Positions 36,577 through 48,044 of a DNA stretch of 64,000 bases are shown one piece after another. The stretch covers positions 181,970,001 to 182,034,000 of the forward strand of contig OZ038378.1 in assembly GCA_964036045.1 (NCBI GenBank). The letters run 5' to 3'. The position numbers and the translations under genes were made by a program. Below the pieces are notes generated by a model, which did not search any database, had not been told where the DNA came from, and was given only the letters and a program-made list of their open reading frames with translations. How positions within the stretch are numbered: position 1 is the first letter of the stretch; each line of letters begins with the position of its first letter. Origin of the DNA: Eutreptiella sp. 'Long Island Sound 2002' (lineage: Eukaryota; Protista; Euglenida).

Positions 36577-36934
36577 GTTCATTAAGATCGACCCTGATAT
36601 GATCAAGGGCGAGCTGCCCGAACTTTCCGGTTACATGCGCAGCGACCCTGAGTCAGCAGCCACAAAGGTGCACCGGGAATCCACAATGATGTCCGACGTG
36701 CTTTTCGAGCACGCGCTCATGGATTCCCTACCGATGCTCGTGGACGGGTCCCTTCGCGATGTGGAGTGGTATCGGGGCCTCTTCAGGCGCATCCGCAACG
36801 AGTATCCGAAGTACCGCATCGCCATCGTCCACGTCAATGCCTCACGCGACACCATTTATCAGCGGGCCGACAGTCGCGCGGAGCTGACGGGCAGAGTGGT
36901 ACCGCGTGAGTTGCTGGACATGTCTATCGAGCAG
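36577..36934 (+). CDS. Zeta-toxin-family P-loop kinase, exon 2
   Basis: Acceptor gatcag|g completes an AGG codon. RFIKIDPDMIKGELPE, KVHRES, LVDGSLRD and RAELTGRVVP are typical zeta-toxin/AAA_33-like motifs. Donor cag|gtgcac, phase 0. Confidence 0.88.
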
Positions 36935-37574
36935 GTGCACCCCTGCCCCACTGCCCCTGTGCCCCCACGCCCATTGCCCCTGTCAAAACTTCTTTTGGAA
37001 CGGCTGACAGCGAGTCGAGCGCGAGTGCCCCAAGGCGGCTTTTCACTGGCCAAGCTGGGGGGTACCTTGTCAGTACACTCCCGTCAACGGCATCCGTTAT
37101 CCATAGAAACTGTCTCATACCAACAACATCCAACTGAGTTTACAGAACGCGACCTGTACATAAAAAAGGTCGTATCTAGCATTGCAGAAGTCACTTTCTT
37201 CTTGCTTACTATGCACGGCTGGCCAAACGCAGGACACTCCTGATAACGTCAGGGAGGGTACGGGAGGGTACGGTGAAAAGCTAAGCAAATGCCGGTGGCG
37301 CAGGGCATGTCGGGTTTTCACTTCCGGGGGGGGGTCAATAGAGCCCCCAAAAACTGGGGGGGGGGTTGGGAAAAGGGCTCAATTGATAGGCACCATTCTC
37401 ACTAATGAAAAGGTTAGGATCCACGTTTTTCCTGGCAATTTCCTGAAAATTTTTGTCCCCTTTGCACCCACCCTTGCTCACATGCCTCTTTGCCCATGCG
37501 CTGGAGCGAGGATGGGAGACACCCACCCTTGCTCACGTGCCTCTCTGCCCATGCGCTGGAGCGTGGATGGGAGG

Positions 37575-39200
37575 CACTTGGTACTGCACAGTGAGGAATG
37601 CGAGTCCTTTCGGCAGGGTGGGGAGTGGACGTTTGTGAGTGACGGGGGTTGGGACCACAATCCCCGCAATGGGGAGGTGCAATTGGCTCTAACCCTTGAT
37701 CACTTGGATCGAGAATGCACCTTCACTACGTCTATTGTGCGTGCTGCACGAATGTCATCGTGGAACAAGGCGGAGCGCCTCAACGCGGCCGAAACATGAG
37801 CCACACAGAAGGCACTCTTGCGCGAGGCTGTGTTGTTGCCTGCTGGCAACGACCTCCTCCCGAAAGATGCATTGGACACGCGCCGGCGACGTTTCCAAAC
37901 TATTCTCGCTGCCTCAATTGGTGGGGCACAATACGCAAAGCAACACTTTCGCAGTTTTGTGTCTCACCCAGGTGTGGAGGAATCTGACACGTATGATCAT
38001 GAGTTCCGTCTCATGTGTAGAGTGGCACTGGATGGGAAGGAGGCGGACATTCCTCTGGAAACACGGTCCCGCATTGTTTGTGCACTGCGGTACAAGCAGT
38101 ATCATGCCTGCACCGATTGGGCAATATGACTTTCAGCTCCGCAGGAATGGTTGTCTGGCAAAGCTGGGACAGGGAAAGTTGTGCAAGCCCGGGGACTACC
38201 CCTACCTGCCTACATTCAAGTGTTGCAGTGAGTCGCAATTGCAGGGCGTTCCCGGGTTTTTGGGTTTTTGGGTTTTTGGGTGACCCTGTTGTGCAAACTG
38301 GTGGTGAGTGCATGAGTGCCGAACAGTTGTTGAGAAAAAAATGTGCCGAGGACTTGCAGGTTGTGAAGGTTGCTCCCCCCTCTGTGTTGTGCAAGAGGTT
38401 GTGGGAAAAGACCAACCATCCTGAAATGGGGGACATCCGTGCGGTCGCCCTTGCTGCCTTTGGCATTACTGATGCCAAACATGTTGAGGCAATTCAAAAG
38501 TGGTTTGCTCACCGCCGTTTGCAACAATTCACGAAGGCCGAGGAGCATCTCAAACGGCGGTGTGGCATGGTTACGCCTGATGTGAAGGGTGAAGTTGAAT
38601 GCTTGCTCCGGCAAGCACGTGGTTGTTTGGGGATGAATGGGCAATGTAACGTAGCAAATTTGAAACGGTTGCTCACCTATTTGGACCTTAGCTGCTCTGG
38701 CCCTAAGGCGGAACTCATGTAGCGGGTATATAACCTGCCGATTCCCTTCGATCTTACATGGGTTTGCCTACCGATACTGCATCTGTCCCTGAGGAATCTA
38801 TTTCCGAGAAAAATGAAGATGAGGATGAGGACATTGTTTGTGTTCACTGGCTCGGTGGTGATGCATTTGATGGGAATGGCATTCTCATTTGTGAGGGTGC
38901 ACATTCTGCCACGGTTGGTTGGCACCAGTTGTGCGTGACATTTCCTCTTCGGGAGATTCCTACGTGTTGTTGGTTGTGTCCTGAGTGTGTCTCTGCACAG
39001 GTTGGACCAGGTAACTGCTTGGCTGATCCTAAATATGCACCATCGACGGTTGCATCCTCGAGCTCGAGCTCTTCTAGCTCCACCTCTGCCTCCACCGCTG
39101 ACTCCAGCTCCAACTCTAACTCTAGCTCTAGCTCTGACTCTAACTCTGATTCCGACCGCAACACTGTCATGTCACTAACTCTAAATGTGACTCTGCTGGC
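37575..39200 (+). mobile_element. Decayed Zator/TP36-like DDE transposase followed by homeodomain-like, SAP and PHD domains (in zeta-gene intron 2)
   Basis: One frame with internal stops runs from ~37575 to 38229 and carries SDGGWDHNP (37638-37664) and RAARMSSWNKAER (to 37778). It is followed by IQKWFAHRR (38492-38518), VANLKRLLTYLDLSCSGPKAELM*R (SAP-like, 38648-38725) and CVHW...ICEG..GWHQLC...WLCPEC (PHD-like, 38839-38989), then a Ser-rich tract. Confidence 0.55.
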
Positions 39201-40112
39201 GACTCTGAGTCTGACTAGCTCATGTGGTTCTAATGGAAGGCCATGTTGGTTCTGGTTCTGGTTCTGGTTCACCAGGGCCATCTCCCGGCAAGGCTGTTTC
39301 GGGCTCGGCGGCCCTAAGAGTCACCCAAACCGCTCATCACCTTCCGCTCGGAGGCTGCGCGCACTGCGCGTGGGGGCCGGGGTGTGCTGTGGGGTGTTGC
39401 CGGTGTGGGTGTGGTGTGCGGTGGCACCGGGTGCTAGGCTGTGGGTCCGGGGTCGCTTCTTCCGTGTGGGGGGGGGGGGGTGTTCGCGCGCCCTACGTCC
39501 TGGAAGGCCATGTTGGGGCGCCACATACATGTAGCCGGAATTAACCAGGGGCCTTGTGTCCTTAAACACAAGTACCACCGCCATTGGAACCACGGACATC
39601 CACGGGTCGGTTTTTGGGGTATTTTGGGGGTCGCGTCAATTGAGCCCCTTTGGGGGGGGGGGGGGTCTGGCCGGAGGGCTCTATCGACCCCCCCCCTGGA
39701 AACGAAAACCCGGCCTCCCCAGAGGATGGTCCGCTCCCCAGCACGGAGGAGGAGTGGCAGCTACCGGTGATGCTGCCCACGCTTGGTGAAGTCGGTACAC
39801 TGGGTACCCCCGGGTTCACCAGCTTCTCAATAACTGCCGCGAAGTTCCCTTACGAATTTGGGTGCGTAGAGGAGTTGCGACCCTGGAAGGTCTGCCCCCC
39901 GGCCAGGGCTCCGTTTAATAACTACTGCACTACTGCGGGGGGGACGGCTATCTTACAGACTGGACCCCCTCCCACCCCCTCCTCTCTCCTAACGCATGTT
40001 TGCCCCCTTAACCCAACCCCCCCCCCCTGTCCCTGTGCCCCACCCCCACTGCCCCTGTGCCCCACCCCCACTACCCCTTTGCCCCGCCCCCACTGCCCCC
40101 GCACCCCATCAG

Positions 40113-40508
40113 GTGCCTCAGTCAGTAGAGGCCCTCACGCCGATGACGGACTATGTGGCCGTCATCAACAATGACGACGGGGTGCCGCTGCATTTGGCGG
40201 ATGGGAAGGACTGGACTGATTTTCAGGAGCGCTGGGGAAAGTGCGCCCAGACCGAACAGAGTTGCGAAGCGTTCCGCACGGCCTCCGCCGCAGAGCAGAC
40301 GGAGATGAACTGGAGATCTGCGAGGGAGCTGTGGGGGAGGGCGTACCGGAGCATGTGCCCGCGCTGCAGTCTGGACGGGTACTCCTGCGGGTTCTGCGAG
40401 CACGGAAGGCACATCTGCGCGTGCCCCCAATGCTGCGCGCCGTGCAAGCAGCTGACCGCCGCCGCGCTGAAACAGAGGCTCTCCGGGAAACAGGGCGAGC
40501 CCCAGTGA
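40113..40508 (+). CDS. Zeta-toxin-family P-loop kinase, exon 3 with a Cys-rich C-terminus
   Basis: Acceptor ccatcag|gtg, phase 0; VPQSVEALTPMTDYVAVINND...CPRCSLDGYSCGFCEHGRHICACPQCCAPC...Q*. Confidence 0.85.
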   Translation: MPQSVEALTPMTDYVAVINNDDGVPLHLADGKDWTDFQERWGKCAQTEQSCEAFRTASAAEQTEMNWRSARELWGRAYRSMCPRCSLDGYSCGFCEHGRHICACPQCCAPCKQLTAAALKQRLSGKQGEPQ

Positions 40509-42371
40509 GCCCTTGGCTTTGGTGGTGTTGGCAAGCGCCCCGTGGCGGTGCGTGTCGGGGAGTCACACGGGGCCCAGTGGTCTGGTGAGCGTGGTCAGTG
40601 GCTGAAGGGGACTGACTGGAAGATGGTGAGCGTCTGAAAAAGGGGGCAGGAGTGGATATAAGAATGGGTCCTTAACGGGCGGCGTGTGGGGCAGCAGTAT
40701 GAGAATGGCCGTACACCACAGGAGGAGGGTGCGGGGTGGCCCCGCCAACTGGTCTTGAAATATGGGAGGCGCCAAAGGCACAGAAGGTTGGCCTAAATTG
40801 ACCTGCTGAAGGTGCCCACAGACACTCTGCCCACTCGTCGAAAAGAGGGGAGCGAGGCATCAATGCAATTCACTGCACATACCACCAACAAACCCTGTAC
40901 CTTGTGGAGCACGCCCAAGACCATGGTTCGGGTAGTTGCTGAAAAACAAGTCTTTACAGTGCGTGCCCACTGAGTGCACAGCTTCCCACAGTTTGATGGA
41001 CTGCCCCCATTCCCCTGACCCTGCCCCTGATGCGGCTGCCCATCTCGCCGCCCCTGCCGTCCCTGCTATGTGTAGCCCCATCAGGCCCACTGGCACTCTA
41101 GATGGACAACAAGTGGTGTGCATGCACATGTGGCACACCAAGTGATACGGTGTCCTCCCGCTCCAAGGTCGGCTGTGACACCTGGTGTGCCTGAGACAAA
41201 AAAAAGCAGAAAAAGCGCCTGGTAACAATCCCGCATCGTCCACAGCCCCAACCCTCTCCATACCAAAGCTTCAGTCCTCTCACCACCAGAGCAGCAGCCT
41301 TCATTACAGCCTCAGCCCTCTCACTACCACAGCAGCAGCCTTCTGGCCATCTGATGACACCCGGATGGCCATCCCACAGCTGTCACTTCATCTCCCAGCG
41401 CCCCAGCGCATCGATGTCCCTGTACTCTCAAGCCGGTCGTCACTGCATAACCCAAACCGGCAGTGGAGGCAGTGCTGCAAAATAACTCGCTGAACAGGGG
41501 CCGCTCCGGCGTGGGTGAGCGGCCCTGCTGCTCACATGTTCGTTCGGCTGCGATCTAAGGTCGCCAGACTCTGTGATGAAGTGGGCATTGCCCTGTGTCA
41601 TCCCCCTCAAACAATCGTGAAACTTTGGACTCACCCAGACTGTTGGACGGGCCAGTGGGGGGAGGCGGGGAAGGGGGTGAAGGTCAAGAAGAAGACAGAC
41701 CGGTCAACTGCCCCAGTGTTATGCCGTTGGTAGAGCTTTCTGTGGAGGACCCTCCAAACGGGAACAGCATGCGGGCCCTCGCCGTGCCGCGCTCAGCTCA
41801 GTTGCGTTGCCATGCTTTCCCTGGCTCCTTTCACAGGGGCCCGGTCCGGACTAGTTGCACTGCGACCCCCTCCCCCCCCGCCCCACTCACTGTCGGTTGA
41901 AAAAGAAAGCAGGGGGGGGGCACCTCAAAAGGAACGCCTTGGTCTTTAAGTGGACCTGAAGGGTCCAAAAAAAAAAGCGTAAAAAACAGCGTAAAGCAGT
42001 GGGCCTACAAAAACTGCCATATTGCCATATTTCATAATGGAATACCCTGTGACAACGGCCAAAACCCGTCAACTGGTCTCCGGTTCACCATCAACTGTCA
42101 CAGGTTGGCGTTGCGCTGTCGGCAGTTGGGGGTGATGAACAGGGCAACGGACGCTGATGTGAAATCCTTATGCCTGCCATCCATGTAGCACGCTACAGGG
42201 AAGGACAGATATGTGTACTCCAGTAGTTGAGGATAATTGGCAGGTAGTGGGGTTCGAGTTGAGGACTCTCATCCAGCGCATTCCTGTTTTCGAGGTGGCT
42301 AATCACTGGGCTTCCTGCTGGTGGTCCCTCCAGATTTGAGCACAACCCTTCTCAGGACCTCCTCCGCGTGT

Positions 42372-42452
42372 CGCTCAGTGGGGTAGGCTGGGAATCAAAC
42401 CCGCGGCGAGATGCCCTTGAATTCATGCCTCTGACCACTGAACTACGGGTGT
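42372..42452 (-). mobile_element. tRNA-derived SINE head or tRNA pseudogene
   Basis: The minus strand reads cccgTAGTTCAGTGGtcagag...gcgGGTTTGATTCCcag: an A box and a B box with CpG decay. No complete cloverleaf. Confidence 0.45.
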
Positions 42453-42459
42453 TCCTGTC

Positions 42460-43200
42460 TCTAGTTGGGGGTTAGTCCCCACCAGTAGGCGATCAATTGC
42501 ATGCGGTTGGTGGTTGATTGCCTGCAGCGCTCCAAAACTTTCCTTAACTCAAACTCTTGTCCCCCGAAGGAAACCCTGGACGCCAACGCTGATGTTCGGG
42601 GGCTGGCGGCGCCTCCAAAGGCCCGCAGGTAGGTGCCAGCCCCTCCCTGCTGGAGCGCCAGACGGTGTGCACCCCGGAGCCACAGGCAATGGTAGTGGCG
42701 GCCGGTGACCTTTTCATGAGCCAAACTCCCGGAACTTTGTGTGGGGCGCACGCCTGCAGGCTCTTTTCATAAGGAAAGGGCAGGTCTATCTACATTGGAA
42801 CAGGGATGGTCAGAAATAGTCGGGAATGTGGACAGGCTCCGCATGACATCACTGGACCTCCAACCTCCCTTCCCCGGGATTCGAAGTAGGGACTTCTATG
42901 GGTTCGTCACGGACTCACTGTGGTAAGACCTGTGTTCCATGGTCCGGGATGGAACATTGGGCTCCTGAACACACGACAAGCCCACGGACTGCTGCACCAC
43001 TGGGTCCCACTTCTGAGTGCGGTGAGCTGAAAGGAGAAGGACCTGCGCGAATGCAGCCAGGGGTGCGAATTAAAGGGGCACAAAAATCACACGAAAGCAG
43101 CGACACAAACACCAGCACAAACACCCGCACCAACCGCCGAGCTCACCACCGAATCCGGAGTTTAGGGGTCGGAAGGAGTGGAAGGAAAGAGATGGATAAA
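42460..43200 (-). mobile_element. LINE AP-endonuclease remnant
   Basis: The minus strand gives LLSCDFCAPL (GDFNAxL-like) and, further on, PTISDHP (SDH motif) in the expected order. Frames are broken. Confidence 0.4.
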
Positions 43201-44337
43201 GGGGGATATTAGGCTCAAGTGGGGAATCTTCAGAAAATTAGGATGGAAAGTGCACAAAGCAGCTCACACGTAGCAGAAGAAGAACGAATCCGCCGGGGTT
43301 CAGTGTTAAAAATGATCCACCGCTTGGTCCATGGATCAGAAAAAGAACAGCAAGTGCCATCAAGTGTTTTTGTTGGGTGTTGAATAGTGTTTTTGACCCA
43401 TGTTGTTGCAACCGACGCAGCCGCGTCTGAAAAAGGGGGCAGGAGTGGATATAAGAATGGGTCCTTAACGGGCGGGGAGTGGGGCAGAAGTATGAGACTG
43501 GCCGTACACCACAGGAGAAGGGGGGGGTAACCCCCCACCCCTGGACCCCCCCCTCTAGACCATAGTGCCCGTAGTGGGAAAAAACGAAATTTACAATAGA
43601 CAACATCTTGTCGGGCCATTTTTGGTACACAAACTTTTGGGTCCCAGGCCCCCCCTTCTAATACTTCCCTGGGTGGGGGTGCAGGGGGGTGGGGAGGGGA
43701 TTAGTTTCAGGGAGGAGAGTGGGGGAGGTCAGGAAGCGGACCCACCCCCTCGCCATGTCCTTCACTGATGGGGGGAAATTGAACTGGAAAAAATGGGGGG
43801 TGGATGCTGCCATTTTTCTGCCGTTCCTCTCAGGGTCAGCCTGGCTCAGGCAGGAGCAATGAGGAAGGGTAGTCAAGAAACGATGCGCATCCACAGAGCT
43901 CCAATCACGCGAGGGCTTGTCTGCTCATGTGTGGGTGTGTATCGGGGGGGCAGGTGCGCGCGTGCGTGTGTGTGGCTGCTTATTTGTCGTTTCACCAATG
44001 CTGCATGTGTGTGGCTGCTTCATTCAGGCGCATGACACTCGGAGCTTTGGGGATTTCAAAGGGGGCAAAATTTTCCTTTGGTGAAATTATCCACGGCGAA
44101 ATTTCAGTACCCCCCTGTTGGATTTTTTAAGCTTCTTATGCATTCAAGATATGACATATTTGAATTGTCATCCATTTTCACCCATTTTCACCCATTTGTA
44201 CCCATTTTCACCTGCTTTTTTTTTTTGCACGTTCATTGTTGTAGAGGTAATGGTGGCCATGGACAACCTTGGGAATATAGCATGGATATGTGATCTTATG
44301 GCGGGCAGAAAGAAACTTGGAGAGTATGGACAATGTG

Positions 44338-44455
44338 GACCACACTTGGCTTACCTTCCATCCGAATACATCCATAGGACCAAGTCTGCAGGTGTGGACC
44401 AGACTTGGCTCACCTTCCATCCGAATACATCCATAGGACCGAGTTTGCAGGGCCT
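44338..44455. repeat. 59-bp tandem duplication
   Basis: acttggct.accttccatccgaatacatccataggacc.agt.tgcagg starts at 44344 and 44403. Confidence 0.85.
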
Positions 44456-46049
44456 GTGGCTCATGTTGCTTAGGCATAGGCCTCCAACTTCTCTGGCGAG
44501 ACTGTCTATATGCTGTTCAAGATCAGGGATTGTTGCCCTTGGACAAGTGGTCATGCCTTGCATCACCTCTTGCTCCATCCCACAAACAAAGTGGGTAAAG
44601 TATGTGGGGTCCGCCGGCAATTGACGCGGGAACCCCAGATGATTTACCACGCGCCTACGTCGTGGAAGAGTCCTTCAAACCTGGAGAATGTGCCTGAGAG
44701 GTTCAAGAACTTGAAGTATGTGCACACTACTCTACTTGTTGCCAGGTCTTTTTTGTGTGTGGCCACGGTCCAAGTGATATATCAGAGTGTGGCACTTGCC
44801 ACTTAAACATTAAACATTTGTGGTGGTTGCATGCCACTGCATAGTTGCACTCTACAACACGAATTGAGAAGTTCATAGGTACATCAAAGTACTAGGTTGG
44901 CAGTGGTTCAATGTCTGTCTTGTTGGCTATGTTGCTTTGCTGCGTTATACAAAGGTGGCATGGGGCGGTTTCACTGCAATGTGCACGCAATGCACACACA
45001 GTGCAAAAACACGGCCATAGTGGTTGTTACGGCCATCGCTCCCGCAGTTTGTAATTGAGTTTTGGAGGACAGGTACCTAAAGGCACAACCCAGATCCTCG
45101 GACTGCCACAAGCAAAAAATCAACTGCCAGGGGCATGAAAGAACTGCCACCGAGTGAACAAATGAACTGAGTGAGACGAAAATCGTCCCCCGCAGCAGGG
45201 CAATTGGCAATCGGCACATGCGCCCATCTTCTGTGAGCAGCTGGAGGGGGCGTGGGGGGCTTGGCACACACAAGGGTGTCTGTGGATGCAGCCTATTTCG
45301 TTGGGCCAGTTTGTGTGTCCTGTGATAGGGACTGGATTCAGCCTTGACCCAGCATGTGGGGCGTCCACAATCCTCTCCTCTTGCTGGGCCAACACTCAGC
45401 AAGGTGTAGAGTTTTACGGTGTATGGAAGCTCCTGAAGGCACTGGCCCATGGGCGGCTGCCTTAGGTTGTCAGATGAGCGTCTATGGCGGCTGGAAAGCG
45501 GCGGTCTCAAATGATCCCCAATTTGCAGACTCTTGACGATAAAGCAGTGGGTTTTTGAACCACTAATCTAAAAGGACCCATGACAAAGGAGATGCAAATT
45601 TATGGCTTTCCAGAGCCTGCTTTGGTGCCAAAGAGATGCTCAATACTTAAGCTGAAGCGTGCCCAGAGGTTCTGCATGTGAGTTGGCGTCCAGATAAATG
45701 TGGGATTCTCGATGCGGGGTAAGCAGGTTGGTACATACGCAATGTGCAATCGACTGACTTTCAGGGCCTGAGTGAGATTCGGGACATGAAGGGATGAGCA
45801 GGTCCGGGTGTTTGCTGTGCAGAAGAATCATGTCGTCTTATGTTTGGTATGTTGTGGTGAGACCGCCCTTTATGCTTTGCTGAAAGGGCTGTTTCACAAG
45901 GAATTTGTGTGCATTAACAGAATTCAATTTGTATTTGAAGTGTTGTTGGAGTTGGCCAGTCAGCCCAACCGCCCAACCGTTTCTTGTCCCGGAGGCGCAC
46001 TTGCTGCTTTTGAACATGTGACTGCTGAGCAGGCCCGGGTGTTTAAGTT

Positions 46050-46212
46050 CATTTAGGCATCGTGAGGTGTTTGGTGGAGTGCGGCGCGGACAAGGACAAG
46101 ACAGCCTTCGATGGATCTTCACCTCTGCACGTTGCCAGCGGCAATGGTCATTTAGACATCGTGAGGTGTTTGGTGGAGTGCGGCGCGGACAAGGACAAGA
46201 CAGCCTTCGACG
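46050..46212 (+). pseudogene. Isolated ankyrin-repeat fragment (~1.6 repeats)
   Basis: HLGIVRCLVECGADKDKTAFDGSSPLHVASGNGHLDIVRCLVECGADKDKTAFD, a near-identical 99-bp DNA repeat. No ankyrin sequence on either side. Confidence 0.8.
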
Positions 46213-47212
46213 CCCTGGCAATTTGGGAGGACACCGGTCATCCGGGTGCGTGGCGGCCCAGACAGCCACGGTTGCTGTGGGTTGGGTCATGGTTTGCTGT
46301 GGCTGGGGATGGGAGCTGTGTGCTTTGCTGTACATTTGGGCCCTCCCAAGTGGGCTTGATTAGGGTACAATGTCCTGAGCATGAGTATGCTTGTCATAAG
46401 GTTGTGGTGCGACAACGTTCTGGATGTCTGTGTGATGGGGCTAGCGGACAGTCTAACGATGAGGTCAGGAGTTTTTGGAAGGACAACGGTTGGCATAATT
46501 TTTTCAGAAGAAGATACGACTTGAGCCTTTTGTGTTCCAGGGTCATAGTATTGGGCTAAGGTCCCGCCAACCGCAGACATACCCCCCCCCCCCCCGCTTC
46601 CGGTGATAGGCCGACTCCCCAGAGATTGGAAGTGGGGTGCGGATCTCCTCCCCATGAAGTAGAAGTGGCTGACAGCCCTGGAATGGCTCGCGCCTCCGGC
46701 GCCAGCAGATGACCTCCCGGTGCGACAGATCACCGACCAGGTGCCAGATGCCAGATGAAGGACATCCTGCCATGTGCTGAGGTCCAAGTACGGCGGCCCC
46801 CTGACCGCGACTTTGTGATCCAGAATGCACGATGACGAGGCACATGGGGCCGTTGTGCGGCCTGTGACAACTCAAACACGACTGAATTGCACAGGCAAAA
46901 TGACTCAAGGAGGCGAGGGGGGTATCGATCACGCAGCCGGGCGCTTGGCACACTTGGTGCCAGCGAAACACAGCCTGAGGTGGCCACCGACCAAATCAGA
47001 CGATGTCCCTCCACAACATGGGGGCAGGCACATCTTTTCCCTCAGTTGGAGCACGCACGCCCCTTCCTTCCTTGGGGCTGTGAGAGCCTGTCTATAAAAA
47101 GGATACGGCCTCCCCAACAGGAGGTGTGGGTGGCTGCAACATCAATGCCTTCAGGACAAGGTCTTTGGAGTGCAGAAGACTCCAGCACCTCTAAAAAGAG
47201 GGGGGGCGGCGG

Positions 47213-47215
<3 letters not shown>

Positions 47216-47258
<43 letters not shown>
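47216..47258. repeat. (GA)n microsatellite
   Basis: Direct reading. Confidence 0.95.
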
Positions 47259-47265
<7 letters not shown>

Positions 47266-48044
47266 GAATGACCGAGTAATTCGGCTGCCCAGCAGCTGCA
47301 CTTCGAAGACAAAGGGGTCCAGCCCATTTTGACCCAACCGCCCCTGAACACCCCCCCTCTCATAGACATTTGGGACAAAGGGGGGGGGGGGGCACAAACG
47401 AAGGGGGCGGGGGTTCTCTGAGTGAACAACAGCAACCCAGCCCCACCCTGCGACCATGCTCGACATCAAGCGTGGTCCCGCCCAATGGCTCTTGAGAACG
47501 GGAGTGGGGGGCTGGGGTGGGTTGGTGGGTGGGGGGGGGGGGGGGGCAGGGGCACAAATGGTCAGATTTGCAATCATGCAATGAGCTGCAGCCGTGCCAA
47601 GATGCTCTTTGCCCACAGTCCGATGGTGCGACAATTCCTTTGCGCCACGCAGGCAATGGTCTGTGATGAGGTACGGGCCAAGTGTCCACTGGGCACGGGT
47701 CAATGCATTGTGCTGGCCCGCCTGCTTTCTGCACTCGGCCTGTGTGCAGCACCGCCTCCAGGCTGATTCCACCGGACAGCAGGTGCCACAAAAAAGTATG
47801 CGGGGCTGTTTGTGAGCCCGTTGTACTGGGGAAGAGGTCCCCGTCTGACCGTCGTCTTCCGTGACTTGGGCCGTGACTTCAGCCGTGCTTGCGGAAGGGG
47901 GAAAGAGGGTGGGGGGGTGGGGGGTACGTCGCGGGGGGGCGGGGGGGGGCATGGGCCATTGATTTCTGCAAATTAGACTTTGCTGTGCCCCTCCGGACCG
48001 ATGACCGTCGCGGTGTCGCAGTGGTCACATGAGCTGCCGCTGGA

